Origin: an uncultured Spirochaetota bacterium | Lineage (GTDB): Bacteria > Spirochaetota > Spirochaetia > SZUA-6 > Fen-1364 | DNA length: 64,000 nucleotides | Assembly (NCBI GenBank): GCA_963734545.1 | Contig: CAVTHO010000008.1 | Location: 544,001-608,000, forward strand | Reading direction: 5' to 3' | Shown: positions 40,113 to 49,790 of the stretch, piece after piece | Layout of the letters: each line of letters begins with the position of its first letter | Position numbering within the stretch: position 1 is the stretch's first letter | Notes under the pieces: generated by a model | Told to the model about the DNA's origin: nothing | Databases searched by the model: none | What the model saw: the letters and a program-made list of their open reading frames with translations, nothing else | Position numbers and translations under genes: made by a program

Positions 40113-41408
40113 TCAACGTCCTGCCAGAGCCTCCAGATCTTCAGCTCTTTCTATGGTTTTCCCTGAAAAATCGACGCCGCGGAGCCGGATGTCTTTTGCC
40201 TTTATGTCCTTGAAGGTTGTTTCACGAAACGTACAATCCACAAACTCCACGTTCTGGAGCTCGCAATCGACGAGGGAAAGCTTCTCCGCGCCCTTCTGGA
40301 AAAGACCGAACGCCTTGTGAAAAGGGTCCCGAAACACGGTATTGCTCACCGTGCAGTTCTGGATGTGCAGACCTTCGAAGGAAATACCCTCGAATCGCGA
40401 GTCCTTGAATCGGGAATTGCGGATCTCGCTGTTCTGCAGGCGCACGCCGCGAAACGCGGAATCCTCGATCTCAGTTCCGGCAAACAGGGCATCGGTAAGC
40501 GCACATCCATAGATCCGCACATTCTTGAATCGCCCCCCCTCCAGGGTGACCCGGGACGCCGCAACGCCGTTCAACCTGCAGTCCTTCATGAGGGACGCGC
40601 CCGAAAGGGAGAGGGTATTCATCGCTGAACCCGAGAAGCGCGTATCTTCGATGCTGCTTCCGTCTCTCAAGGAGAGCGACGTGAGACTTCCCCCGGCGAT
40701 CTTCGTATCCTTCAAAGTGGACGTGCCGGTCAGGGACATGCGGGCGACCTTTGCGCCGGCAAGACTCATGCCCTTTACCTGCGAGCCTTCCATGCGGAGC
40801 TCGTGAACCGAAGCACCGGCAAACGAGGAGTCCTCCAGGCTGCTGTCGATGAGCTCCGCATCCTTGAATGTCGAGGCGGAAAACGAATTGTCCTTCACCC
40901 GTGAGCGGACATACCGCATGCCGGACATCTTGCTGAAGGCCACGCGGTTTCCCTGGAACTCGAATGAGTCCCCTTCGGGAGCCTCCACGCGTGAGGAGTC
41001 CTGGGCATTCCCGCCCCGTCTCCCCCCGCGGCGCGGGTCCCATTCATAGTGGTAGTGATAGGCATATTTTCCGGTGCCCGGGTCCCAGTCGCCCCGGTCG
41101 GAGCTGACGCCGAGGCCGGAGGTGATGCCGCCCACCATGTCGTCCACCCACTCCATGTCGAAAAAGGAGCGGGAGCGGCGTCCACCGCGCCGGCCAGAGG
41201 GCGTATCGCCCCCAGGTTCCCCCTGGACCCCGGCAGCTTCACCGGCAGCTTCCGCGCCGCCCGGCTCGGCCCCTGGCTCTTCACCGGCAGCGACGGGATC
41301 ACCTTCACTGTCCTCTGAAAGCGCCTTCAGGAGCTCATCCGCCTGTTCGGGGGTGATCGTTCCCTTCTCCTGCATCGAGCGGATCCTGTCAGCCGCTGAT
41401 CTGTCCAT
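40113..41408 (-). CDS. SHOCT-like N-terminus plus pentapeptide-repeat (beta-helix) protein
   Basis: MQEKGTITPEQADELLKAL; acidic linker; about 250 aa of 5-residue periodicity (F/L-x-x-x-x). Confidence 0.8.
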   Translation of the reverse strand: MDRSAADRIRSMQEKGTITPEQADELLKALSEDSEGDPVAAGEEPGAEPGGAEAAGEAAGVQGEPGGDTPSGRRGGRRSRSFFDMEWVDDMVGGITSGLGVSSDRGDWDPGTGKYAYHYHYEWDPRRGGRRGGNAQDSSRVEAPEGDSFEFQGNRVAFSKMSGMRYVRSRVKDNSFSASTFKDAELIDSSLEDSSFAGASVHELRMEGSQVKGMSLAGAKVARMSLTGTSTLKDTKIAGGSLTSLSLRDGSSIEDTRFSGSAMNTLSLSGASLMKDCRLNGVAASRVTLEGGRFKNVRIYGCALTDALFAGTEIEDSAFRGVRLQNSEIRNSRFKDSRFEGISFEGLHIQNCTVSNTVFRDPFHKAFGLFQKGAEKLSLVDCELQNVEFVDCTFRETTFKDIKAKDIRLRGVDFSGKTIERAEDLEALAGR

Positions 41409-41850
41409 CGCCCTTGCCTCCCTTCTTTTTCGCCTTGATGAGCCGCACCGCATCCTTGTAGCTGATTTGTCCGCTCTCCAGCCTGTCGAGGACGTCGTCC
41501 GCAGGTGCCTCCTCGGGGGGAACCTGGCTGCCCGACGATGTGCCGTGTTCCTGTGCCTGAGCCTGAAACCTGGGGCCGGAAAGGTTGAGCTTCTGCTTGA
41601 TCGACGCAAGGTGCCCCTTGACCGTTGGATAGCTCACCCCGAGCGCAGCCTCCATGTCCCTGATGCGCCCCTCGCAGTAGATGAACACGCGTAGAAAGTG
41701 AAGCTCGTCGGGGGTCAGGGACCCGAATTCGTTCATCACGAAATCTCCCTCGACCTTCAACCCGCACGAGTCGCATACGAGAGTGCGTGGATACAGCTGC
41801 CCATTGCACGATGGACAACGCACGTTTGCATCGATACGATTTCTTGGCAT
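41389..41850 (-). CDS. DUF2089 family zinc-ribbon/HTH protein
   Basis: CPSC..CDSC...EGDF, EGRIRDME.ALGVSYPTVK, C-terminal SHOCT VLDRLESGQISY. Confidence 0.88.
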   Translation of the reverse strand: MPRNRIDANVRCPSCNGQLYPRTLVCDSCGLKVEGDFVMNEFGSLTPDELHFLRVFIYCEGRIRDMEAALGVSYPTVKGHLASIKQKLNLSGPRFQAQAQEHGTSSGSQVPPEEAPADDVLDRLESGQISYKDAVRLIKAKKKGGKGDGQISG

Positions 41851-41856
41851 ATGATG

Positions 41857-41895
41857 AGTATAACTTAATTTAATTAATTGTCAATTGATTTTTTT
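41857..41895 (-). promoter_or_regulatory. Probable leaderless promoter of DUF2089 gene
   Basis: Minus-strand TTGACA-16bp-TATACT ending 6 nt before ATG 41850; TAATTAATT in the spacer. Confidence 0.55.
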
Positions 41896-42001
41896 AACAA
41901 CAACTGGCTTATCAGCTTCAGGTCCTTTGCCATGGCGATCGGCGCGGCGAGAATCTTGGTAAGAATCGCCGCGCAGACCACAGAGCCCGCGGAGACCTGC
42001 A

Positions 42002-42967
42002 TCAGTCCGTGGCTCTTACCTGCAGCGCAATCGTCCCCGCCTGGTCTTCGTCTCCGCAGGGGCACTCGTCGACGCTGTCAGCGGATGCCAGCGAAATCCA
42101 CCCGTCGCCCGCGAGGCTCGAAACCCCGGTTTTGAAGCTCTGCCTGAAAAACTGCACCATCCGCGGCCAGCCCTTCTGAGTCGCTTTCAGATTCGCCCCG
42201 GCTTGCCCGTCCTGGGCGCGGAAAAACGCGTGTCCCGCGCCGTCGAAAATCTCGTATTCGTACCGCTTGCCCAGCTTCTTCATCTCCGCTTCGGCCGCCG
42301 GGATGGTCGCGTTGACCCGGGCGTCGTTTCCGCCGTACAGCCCGAGCACCGGCGCCTTGATCCGGCCAAGGGCCTGTGCGCCGGGGGCTGTTCCGTAACA
42401 GACCACCGCGGCCTTCAGGGCGGGCTGCTCCGTGGCATACAGGAAGCTGATACCGCCGCCCCAGCAGAATCCCACTACGCCATACTCACCCGTTGAGGCA
42501 GGCAGGCCGGCCCCGAAGGAGGCCACGGCGTTCAGGCGGCGGACGACCTCGCTGCTCTGCAGTTGCCCTACGAGCTGCCGCGCCGCGTCGACGTCTACCG
42601 AGGCGGTTCCCTTGCCGCCCGGGCCCTTCCCGCTCAGCAGATCAGGAGCAATGGCGATGAATCCCTCGGCGGCCAGCTGGTCCGCCACTGCCCGAGCCCA
42701 GTCGTTCAAGCCGAAGATCTCGTGGATCACGATGACAACGGGAGCCTTGTCGGGACGCTCGGGGTATACGACCCAGGTATCCACGCTGTCGCCCCCTCCC
42801 GCGTCGACGCGCGCCCACTCGCCGTGACGTGGTGAAGTGGCAAGCCTGTCCTTCACGCCCGCCTCTCCGGGCGGCAGCCCCATTGCCTGGGCAAATCCGA
42901 GTCCGGCCGCTCCAGTCAGAATCATGCAAGCAAGGATCGCCGCGAAGACGGCAGATCGTCGAGTCAT
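42002..42967 (-). CDS. Secreted dienelactone hydrolase family protein
   Basis: Signal peptide; HEIFGL, GFCWGG, GNDARV, GAGHAF. Confidence 0.9.
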   Translation of the reverse strand: MTRRSAVFAAILACMILTGAAGLGFAQAMGLPPGEAGVKDRLATSPRHGEWARVDAGGGDSVDTWVVYPERPDKAPVVIVIHEIFGLNDWARAVADQLAAEGFIAIAPDLLSGKGPGGKGTASVDVDAARQLVGQLQSSEVVRRLNAVASFGAGLPASTGEYGVVGFCWGGGISFLYATEQPALKAAVVCYGTAPGAQALGRIKAPVLGLYGGNDARVNATIPAAEAEMKKLGKRYEYEIFDGAGHAFFRAQDGQAGANLKATQKGWPRMVQFFRQSFKTGVSSLAGDGWISLASADSVDECPCGDEDQAGTIALQVRATD

Positions 42968-43047
42968 ATCAGCCTCCATACAGGCAGGAGCTCCGAGGCT
43001 CCCGTCCATATGAGCAAATTACTCAGGTTTGAAGTGCCCCGGCAACG

Positions 43048-43974
43048 CTACGTGGCATGCGGCTTTCCCTTCGATTCCATGAGCGAACGCAGGAAGAAAA
43101 ACCCCACAACAAGGAACGTGGCGGCGGGAGAAACCCACTCGGGGATGTGCAGCCCGAACCCGTCGGTGATCATGATGGCGCCAAGGACCAGGATGGAGTA
43201 CATGGCGCCATTCTTCAGATACCGGTAGCGCTTGATCCGCTCGATATTGCCGATCGTGATCTGCCGCACGATAACGGCACCGAGTCCGTTGCCGACGAGG
43301 ATGAGAGGGACCGCAAGGGTGAAGGCGAACGCGCCGAGCACCCCGTCGATGGAGAAGGTGAGGTCCAGAATCTCGAGGTAGAACAGCTTGCTCAAATCCG
43401 ACAGTCCGGATCCCATGAGGCGCTTTTCCTGCTCGGCGGCATTTGACTTGAACCCGGCCGTGATGAAGAAGACCGTTGACCCGATGACCGCGGCGAATGC
43501 GATGATCCGCTCGCCTTCCAGCGCGAACCAGACAAGAGCAGCGAGGAATACCGAGGCGACCGCGTAGAACCATACGCCGTGCTCGGAAAAGAACCGCTCC
43601 CCGGACAGCCCGAAGTTCTTCGGCTCCAGGAAAAGCCAGTGCAGAAAGAGGAGAACGAGGAAGACACCGCCCCCCATCAGGAGCATCGGAGCGGACTTCT
43701 CCACAGCCTCCAGGACCAGCGGGTCACTGGAAAAGGTGGCGGTGAGAGCGCCCAGGGGCCCGAGTCCGGGAACTGCCAGCCATACGATCAGCCAAGGCAG
43801 CACCCCGCGCGGGATGAAAACCGCGAACAGGATCCCCCAGGTGAGAAACCACCGGCGGGCCCTCTTCTGCATCCCGGAGAGGACTTCCGCGTTGATGATC
43901 GCGTTGTCGATGCTGGAGATGGTTTCGAAGAGCGCGAGACCCAGGATCGTGAGGACGAGTCCGACGATGCTCAT
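43048..43974 (-). CDS. DUF475 (TerC-like) membrane protein
   Basis: ETISSIDNAIINA, YLEILDLTFSIDGVLGAFA, YLKNGAMYSI. Confidence 0.9.
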   Translation of the reverse strand: MSIVGLVLTILGLALFETISSIDNAIINAEVLSGMQKRARRWFLTWGILFAVFIPRGVLPWLIVWLAVPGLGPLGALTATFSSDPLVLEAVEKSAPMLLMGGGVFLVLLFLHWLFLEPKNFGLSGERFFSEHGVWFYAVASVFLAALVWFALEGERIIAFAAVIGSTVFFITAGFKSNAAEQEKRLMGSGLSDLSKLFYLEILDLTFSIDGVLGAFAFTLAVPLILVGNGLGAVIVRQITIGNIERIKRYRYLKNGAMYSILVLGAIMITDGFGLHIPEWVSPAATFLVVGFFFLRSLMESKGKPHAT

Positions 43975-44139
43975 GGGTCGGAATATAACATAAGGAACGG
44001 GCTCCCGGCGCGCCGGCAAACGGCGGGCCGGCAACCGACCGTCGGCTTGCCGTTCGTCGGTTGGGCCGAGCTATTCTCGCATTGCCTCCCGCAGAAACAA
44101 TTCGTATACATTAACGATGATATATAGGAAGGAACCCAC

Positions 44140-44592
44140 ATGAAGAAACCGGGTGTGCTTCTTGTCCTGCTTCTTTCGACGGCCCTTCCCCTGGCTGCCC
44201 AGTCAAACCAGCTTCTCGATCAGCTCCTGGATCAGCCGGCCGCGAGCTTCGGCGAGGTGGTCTACATGACACTGTCCGCCGCGAAGCTCGTGCCGGAGAC
44301 CGCCACCCCGGCGGAGGCGCTGGAGGCGCTCCAGCAGCAGAACTGGAAGGTCCGAATCCTCCCGGCAGATGCCCCGATCCCCCTCGGGGACTACGCATTC
44401 CTGCTCATGAAGGCTTTCAAGCTCTCGGGGGGCATCTTCTACAGCCTGTTCCCCGGGCCCCGCTACGCCGTCCGTGAGCTGGGCTACATCAGGGTCATCA
44501 GCACCGATGCCCGTCCCAATCGAAACCTCTCGGGTGAAGAGGCGGTGCACATCCTGGGCAACCTGATGGCGCGCAAGGAGGGCTCCTCATGA
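44140..44592 (+). CDS. Array gene A1: secreted protein with SLH-like motifs
   Basis: Signal peptide ending LAA-Q; DAPIPLGDYAFLLMKA and NLSGEEAVHIL resemble SLH repeats. Confidence 0.75.
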   Translation: MKKPGVLLVLLLSTALPLAAQSNQLLDQLLDQPAASFGEVVYMTLSAAKLVPETATPAEALEALQQQNWKVRILPADAPIPLGDYAFLLMKAFKLSGGIFYSLFPGPRYAVRELGYIRVISTDARPNRNLSGEEAVHILGNLMARKEGSS

Positions 44593-45917
44593 AAGCGTGG
44601 CGCACACTGGCGATCATCGCTGCACTCGCCCTGGCGGGCGCGGCGGACCTCAGCGGGATGGACTTCGATTTCGGCGGCTTCGTGGAAAACTCAAGCACTC
44701 CCTCGGTGGCCCTGGACGCCAAGAACCCCGTGTGGGCCATGGACCAGAAGGACAGGCTGGCCCTCTGGGCGGAGATGCATTTCAACCCGCAGCTTTCCCT
44801 CACCATCCAGGGCAGTTATGCCTTCTCCCTGGATCTGCCCTATCTGTTCGACGTTGATGCGCTGAGGCTGGACTGGAAGATACTTCCTTCCCTGCGTGCC
44901 AGCCTGGGCAGGTTCGTCTTCTCGGACTTCACGGGCCACGTTCTGAATCACAAGCTGGACGGGGTGCTGTTCGGCGTGGACTTCCCTTTCATGGTGCTGA
45001 GCGCGGGGGCGGGGTTCTCGGGACTCGTGCTCAAGCCCTCCTCCCTGATCCTCATGAGCCGCTCGGACACCGCCGACCAGTCTGACAACGGGGTCATCCT
45101 GGCTGCCCCCCGGCTGATCGAGAAGCTGGAGGTGCTCTTCCCCAACCTTCTGCCCCGCCAGGACCTGACGGTGTCGGTGGTCCTGCAGCAGGACTTCCGT
45201 CCCAGCGGCTCCCTCATCCAGGAGGGCGAGCAGCAGCAGTTCGTCGCGGGCGCATCGGGGGGGAGACTGACCAGCGAGTACTTCGGGCTGGGGGTCTCGG
45301 GGGCCATCGTCTCCGCCCTGTACTACGACGCATTCTTCTATTACAGCCTTGGCAGCACTCTCTCCTATGTGGCGGACCCCGCTTCGGGCACCGGCTCCTC
45401 CTACCAGTACGAAGCGATCCAGGCTTTCCTGGGCGGCATAGGGCTTCGCTACTACAACGAGGCGCTTTTGTCCTCCCGCGCGGAGCTGCGGGCCGTCATC
45501 TCCAGCGGAGATGCGGACAACAGCACATACCTGGAGGGCAACAGCGCGGGGGCATCGACGATCTTCATGCCCATTTCCCAGGAGACCCTCGGGCTGGCCT
45601 TTCAGCCCCAGCTGGGCAACCTGCTCATCCTCACCGCCAGCTATTCACTGAAGCCGGCGAGCCCGCTTCAGCTCATGGTGAAGGGGCAGTCCTTCCTCAG
45701 GCCGACCACGGGCGCCATATCGGCCCTGGGCATAGACCCGGCCTCCAATGCGCTGTACCTGGGGACCGAGATCGACGGCATCGTCAACTTCAGGCCTTTC
45801 TCCGACCTGGGCACCGCCCTTTCGCTGGGGTTCTTCCTGCCCAACAAGAGCGCGTTCACGGGCCAGGCCTCCCTGCCCGTTCTGGCCGGGCGGCTGGAGG
45901 TTTCTCTCAGCTTCTGA
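44589..45917 (+). CDS. Array gene B1: predicted outer-membrane beta-barrel protein
   Basis: Signal peptide; alternating amphipathic strands; C-terminal beta-signal GRLEVSLSF. Confidence 0.75.
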   Translation: MKAWRTLAIIAALALAGAADLSGMDFDFGGFVENSSTPSVALDAKNPVWAMDQKDRLALWAEMHFNPQLSLTIQGSYAFSLDLPYLFDVDALRLDWKILPSLRASLGRFVFSDFTGHVLNHKLDGVLFGVDFPFMVLSAGAGFSGLVLKPSSLILMSRSDTADQSDNGVILAAPRLIEKLEVLFPNLLPRQDLTVSVVLQQDFRPSGSLIQEGEQQQFVAGASGGRLTSEYFGLGVSGAIVSALYYDAFFYYSLGSTLSYVADPASGTGSSYQYEAIQAFLGGIGLRYYNEALLSSRAELRAVISSGDADNSTYLEGNSAGASTIFMPISQETLGLAFQPQLGNLLILTASYSLKPASPLQLMVKGQSFLRPTTGAISALGIDPASNALYLGTEIDGIVNFRPFSDLGTALSLGFFLPNKSAFTGQASLPVLAGRLEVSLSF

Positions 45918-45977
45918 AAGTGGTGGGAGGTTTTTCCGGGTTTCTGAGATATGCTTAAGATGCAGGAGTACGAATAT

Positions 45978-46628
45978 ATGAAACGATTTATATTGACTGT
46001 CGCGATGGCGTTGGCGCTCGCGCCGGTTTTGTTTTCTCAAACCCAGGCAGTAGTCAAAGAGTTCAAGGGCAAGGTGGAGATCAAGGCAGGCGGAGGCGAG
46101 TGGCAGCCGGTGGCAGCGGGCATGAAGCTGGACACGGGGGCCTCGATCTCCACGGGCTTCAGCTCCACCGCGGTGCTTGACCTGGGCACCTCGACGCTGA
46201 AGGTGGCCCCGCTGACCCGCATGCAGCTTGTGGAGCTGATCGCCCGACAGGGCAGCGTCTCCACCACCCTTGCGCTGAAGGTGGGCAGGGTCAACGCGGA
46301 AGTGAAGACCGCCCCGGGGCTCAAGCAGGACTTCACGCTGAAAGGGCCGCAGGCCACCGCAGCGGTGCGCGGCACGGAGTTCGAGTTCGACGGGGTCAGC
46401 GTGAAGGTGATCAACGGCTTGGTGTTCTTCTCCAACAACCAGGGCCAGGGTCGGGGAGTGGGAGCCGGTGAGCAGAGCCAGACCAACGGCACCCAGATTC
46501 CCACTACCGGAGAGCAGGAGAACGAGACCAACACGAGCGTCCAGCCGCACACCGCCCCGGGAGGGACAACCCTTCCGCCGTCGGCCGTGCCTCCGGCGCC
46601 CGCCACCGTGACCATCAGATGGCAGTAG
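45978..46628 (+). CDS. Array gene C1: secreted FecR-domain protein
   Basis: Signal peptide; GKVEIK, ISTGFSS.A.L, ATAAVRGTEF (FecR signature); Pro/Thr-rich tail. Confidence 0.85.
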   Translation: MKRFILTVAMALALAPVLFSQTQAVVKEFKGKVEIKAGGGEWQPVAAGMKLDTGASISTGFSSTAVLDLGTSTLKVAPLTRMQLVELIARQGSVSTTLALKVGRVNAEVKTAPGLKQDFTLKGPQATAAVRGTEFEFDGVSVKVINGLVFFSNNQGQGRGVGAGEQSQTNGTQIPTTGEQENETNTSVQPHTAPGGTTLPPSAVPPAPATVTIRWQ

Positions 46629-46649
46629 ACTGAGATCCGGGAGAAGAAC

Positions 46650-47855
46650 ATGAAAGCACACATTCTGACAAGATCCACGGCGAGAATAGCCGTGATCATG
46701 ATATTGAGCGCAGCAAGCCTTGTACTCGCCGGCTGCTTTTACATGCCGGGGGTGAGCGGCAGGCCGGCAAAGGCCGGTGTCAGCATAGGCAGATCGCTGC
46801 TGCCTGCGAGCGTGTCATCTGTCGCGGTCATCGTAGGCGGGCCCGGCATGGAGACCATCGCCGCCCAGTACCCCGTGGGCACCACTTCGGCGACGCTGAC
46901 AGTGCCTTCAGGGGTCGCGCGCACCTTCACCGTGCTGGCCAACACCAAGTCGGTGACATTCCGAGACGATGTCACGGTAGACCTCGCTCCGGATGAGACA
47001 AAGGAGATTGTCCTTACCCCCACCCTGTCCGCCTCGCAGATCATCATCCCGGACCAATTGAGCGGCGTTGTTGCGCAGATATCCGATATGAACGGAACTG
47101 GATGGACCGCGCCTTCCATGCCCTCTGCGTACGACGTGGATTTCGACGATCAGGGTCGGATATATGTGGTGAACAGCATCAGCGCCATCGCTGTCATGAA
47201 CGATATTTCGGACGCCGCTCCGATCTCGATCTTCGACCCCAGCCAGGCACAGATACTCTCGATCGCCGTGGACCGGCCGCGCGGCCTGCTGTATTGGATC
47301 AACTATAACGGTGTAATCTACAGAGTGCCGATTACCCCTACAATGTCGGACACCCCGGTGCCGATTGACGTATCCGGAGTATTACCGCAGATGTACTCCA
47401 ATGGGATTGCCGTGGATTCGGATGGCTTTGTCTATGTGGCGGCAACCTCACCCACTTACGCGGTACTGAAGATCGACCCGAACAAGCCACAGGTCGTGGC
47501 CAGTTCCACCTACTCATTCGGCGACCCATGGGACGTCCTGGTGAAAGGGGACTTCATCTACGTCAGTGACTATACGGCCAGGCAGATCGTTCGTCTTACC
47601 AAGAACCTCGATTTCGTGGATTCTTTCTCCGGCCCGGCCTCGGACCCATTCCTGGGACCCGAGCGGTTTGTTGCGATCTTGAACAAGCCGATCACCCTCA
47701 TCGACGAGCAAGATATCTATCAAGACCTGAAGGACCGGATCGTCTCCTTCGGCGACATGACAGGCGCAGGCTGGACGACCTACGGATCGACAGCACCCGC
47801 CTCGGGCTCGGGAGGGCCGGGTCTGTTCCTCTTCTTCCGCAACAACCTGGGCTGA
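46650..47855 (+). CDS. Array gene D1: lipoprotein, beta-sandwich plus NHL-like beta-propeller
   Basis: Lipobox VLAG-C; YDVDFDDQGRIYV, GIAVDSDGFVYV, PWDVLV..DFIYVSD blades. Confidence 0.8.
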   Translation: MKAHILTRSTARIAVIMILSAASLVLAGCFYMPGVSGRPAKAGVSIGRSLLPASVSSVAVIVGGPGMETIAAQYPVGTTSATLTVPSGVARTFTVLANTKSVTFRDDVTVDLAPDETKEIVLTPTLSASQIIIPDQLSGVVAQISDMNGTGWTAPSMPSAYDVDFDDQGRIYVVNSISAIAVMNDISDAAPISIFDPSQAQILSIAVDRPRGLLYWINYNGVIYRVPITPTMSDTPVPIDVSGVLPQMYSNGIAVDSDGFVYVAATSPTYAVLKIDPNKPQVVASSTYSFGDPWDVLVKGDFIYVSDYTARQIVRLTKNLDFVDSFSGPASDPFLGPERFVAILNKPITLIDEQDIYQDLKDRIVSFGDMTGAGWTTYGSTAPASGSGGPGLFLFFRNNLG

Positions 47856-47875
47856 CGGGCGGGCGTGGCGGCCTG

Positions 47876-49693
47876 ATGGCTGATGAGCAATACATTGCCG
47901 CGCATCTCGCCGTCTATCCCGGGAACCGGGGAACTGTGCTCGTCTCGAATCGAAGCGCACGTCGTGCCGACATGCTGGAGGAGCAGCTATACGGCATCCT
48001 GAGGCAGGCGGATCGATTCGACACAATCGCCGGCCATACAAAAAGGCTCTTCGCCGCGGGCTGGGAGGATGACGGATCCGGGTTCATCGCATCCGCGTTC
48101 CGGGACCTCATTGCCCGCGGGCTCATGGTTTCAAAAAGCACATTCCTGGACAGTGTCCTGGACAAAGCGGGTGGGAGTGAAGCACCTCCGTCCGTGAGGT
48201 CCGTCGCTCTCACCACCCGGGACAGGCTGCCGCAGCTGCAGCGATGCCTTCGCGGATTCATCCGGAACAACGAGACGCACGGACGTAACGTGGACTACCT
48301 GGTCATGGATGACACCCGAACCGAAGACCAGGGGGCAAAGATGGGCGCGGTCCTCGGCACCTTCGCCGCTGCAGGAGCGAAGCTCTTCTACGCCGGGAGG
48401 GAAGAAAAGGCGGCCTACTTGCGCGCGCTGGTCCAGGCAGGGGGACCGGACGGGCTGCCGGCAGATGTCGTGAAGTTCTGCCTGGCCGGGGATGACGGGG
48501 ACTGGCCCACTTTCGGCGCGAATCGGAATGCCATCCTGCTGGCCGCTGCCGGAGAATTGTTTGTCATGTGTGATGATGACACGGCGTACGAGGCGGTTGC
48601 CTGCGGGGAGCCCGACACCACCCTTGCCCTCACATCGCTCAATGATCCGACCGTCCTTCGATTTTTCGGAGATCGCGCTGAATTGACCGCCGCAGTGCAC
48701 ACGGCGGATGTCGGCATCCTCTCCTGCCACGAGAAGCTGCTGGGACGATCCATCTCCGGCTGCATGTCGTGCATGGGGCCGGAGTGTACGCTCGATGTGG
48801 ATCGAATTGGCGCTGAATCCGCGCACAGGCTCTCCCGGCGGCCCGGATTGGTGAGAGCCACCATGTCAGGCTATTGGGGCGATTCCGGTATGGGCTCACC
48901 GCACGCGGCCCTCGAGCTCCTGGGAGAATCCAGGAAAGCCGTCATGCGCGCGAAGGCGGAATATGTCCGTGCCACGACCAGCAGAGAAGTCTTCCGCAGC
49001 GCCCCTCGGTACACAATCAGCGATGGCTCGCTGTTCATGACCATGCACACCGGATACGACAATCGAGGGCTTCTTCCCCCCTTCCTTCCGCTCGGCAGGA
49101 ATGAAGATGGGCTCTTCTCCCTGACATTGCATGCATGTATGGAGGGGGCGCTTGTCGGACATCTCCCGCTTGCCGTTCATCATGCACCGCCTGAATTGCG
49201 CCGCTTTCCGCAAGGGGCTTTTCTCAACCCCGCTCCAGGGATCTCCGATGTTATCGCGGCGGCGATGACATCCTTTGCTCCCTCCCCGGGAGCTCGAAGC
49301 GCATCAGACAGGCTGGTGGCCCTGGGAAGACATCTCGTGGACTTCAGCAGTCAGGAGACGAAGGATTTCGAGGACCAACTCATGAGTTCGTGGCTGTCCG
49401 CGACGAGTCACTACATCGGCTTCCTGGAGCACCTTCTGAATCTGCACAAAAGGCAGCCCGAATACTGGGCGAATGACGTGCAGTCTTTGATCGAGAATCT
49501 GAAGGATTTCGTCGTCCACGGATCCCCCGCTGTTCCTTCCGAGCTCCATGACAATCAGCCTGTCGAGCAGGCAAAAGAGTCATGCAAACGCCTCGTGCGC
49601 AAGTTCGGTGAGCTGCTTTATTGGTGGCCGGTCATCAACGGCGCCGCAAGACGGCTCAATGAGAGCGACACACGCCTCGCGCGGCGCGTCTAG
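47876..49693 (+). CDS. Array gene E1: GT-A (GT2-like) glycosyltransferase with N-terminal PqqD/RRE-like domain
   Basis: TTRDRLPQLQRCL, YLVMDD, FGANRNAILL, VMCDDD, RNEDG; N-terminus ends AFRDLIARGLMV. Confidence 0.7.
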   Translation: MADEQYIAAHLAVYPGNRGTVLVSNRSARRADMLEEQLYGILRQADRFDTIAGHTKRLFAAGWEDDGSGFIASAFRDLIARGLMVSKSTFLDSVLDKAGGSEAPPSVRSVALTTRDRLPQLQRCLRGFIRNNETHGRNVDYLVMDDTRTEDQGAKMGAVLGTFAAAGAKLFYAGREEKAAYLRALVQAGGPDGLPADVVKFCLAGDDGDWPTFGANRNAILLAAAGELFVMCDDDTAYEAVACGEPDTTLALTSLNDPTVLRFFGDRAELTAAVHTADVGILSCHEKLLGRSISGCMSCMGPECTLDVDRIGAESAHRLSRRPGLVRATMSGYWGDSGMGSPHAALELLGESRKAVMRAKAEYVRATTSREVFRSAPRYTISDGSLFMTMHTGYDNRGLLPPFLPLGRNEDGLFSLTLHACMEGALVGHLPLAVHHAPPELRRFPQGAFLNPAPGISDVIAAAMTSFAPSPGARSASDRLVALGRHLVDFSSQETKDFEDQLMSSWLSATSHYIGFLEHLLNLHKRQPEYWANDVQSLIENLKDFVVHGSPAVPSELHDNQPVEQAKESCKRLVRKFGELLYWWPVINGAARRLNESDTRLARRV

Positions 49694-49760
49694 CGCGTTC
49701 ACGGGCCAGGCCTCCCTGCCTGTTCTGGCCGGGCGGTTGGAGCTTTCCCTGAGTTTCTGA
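49692..49760 (+). repeat. Orphan copy of the last ~69 bp of gene B fused to the E1 stop codon
   Basis: AGCGCGTTCACGGGCCAGGCC...AGTTTCTGA matches the B1 and B2 3' ends (SAFTGQASLPVLAGRLE.SLSF). Confidence 0.9.
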
Positions 49761-49790
49761 GATATACTTGGAATTGCAGGAGTGACAGCC

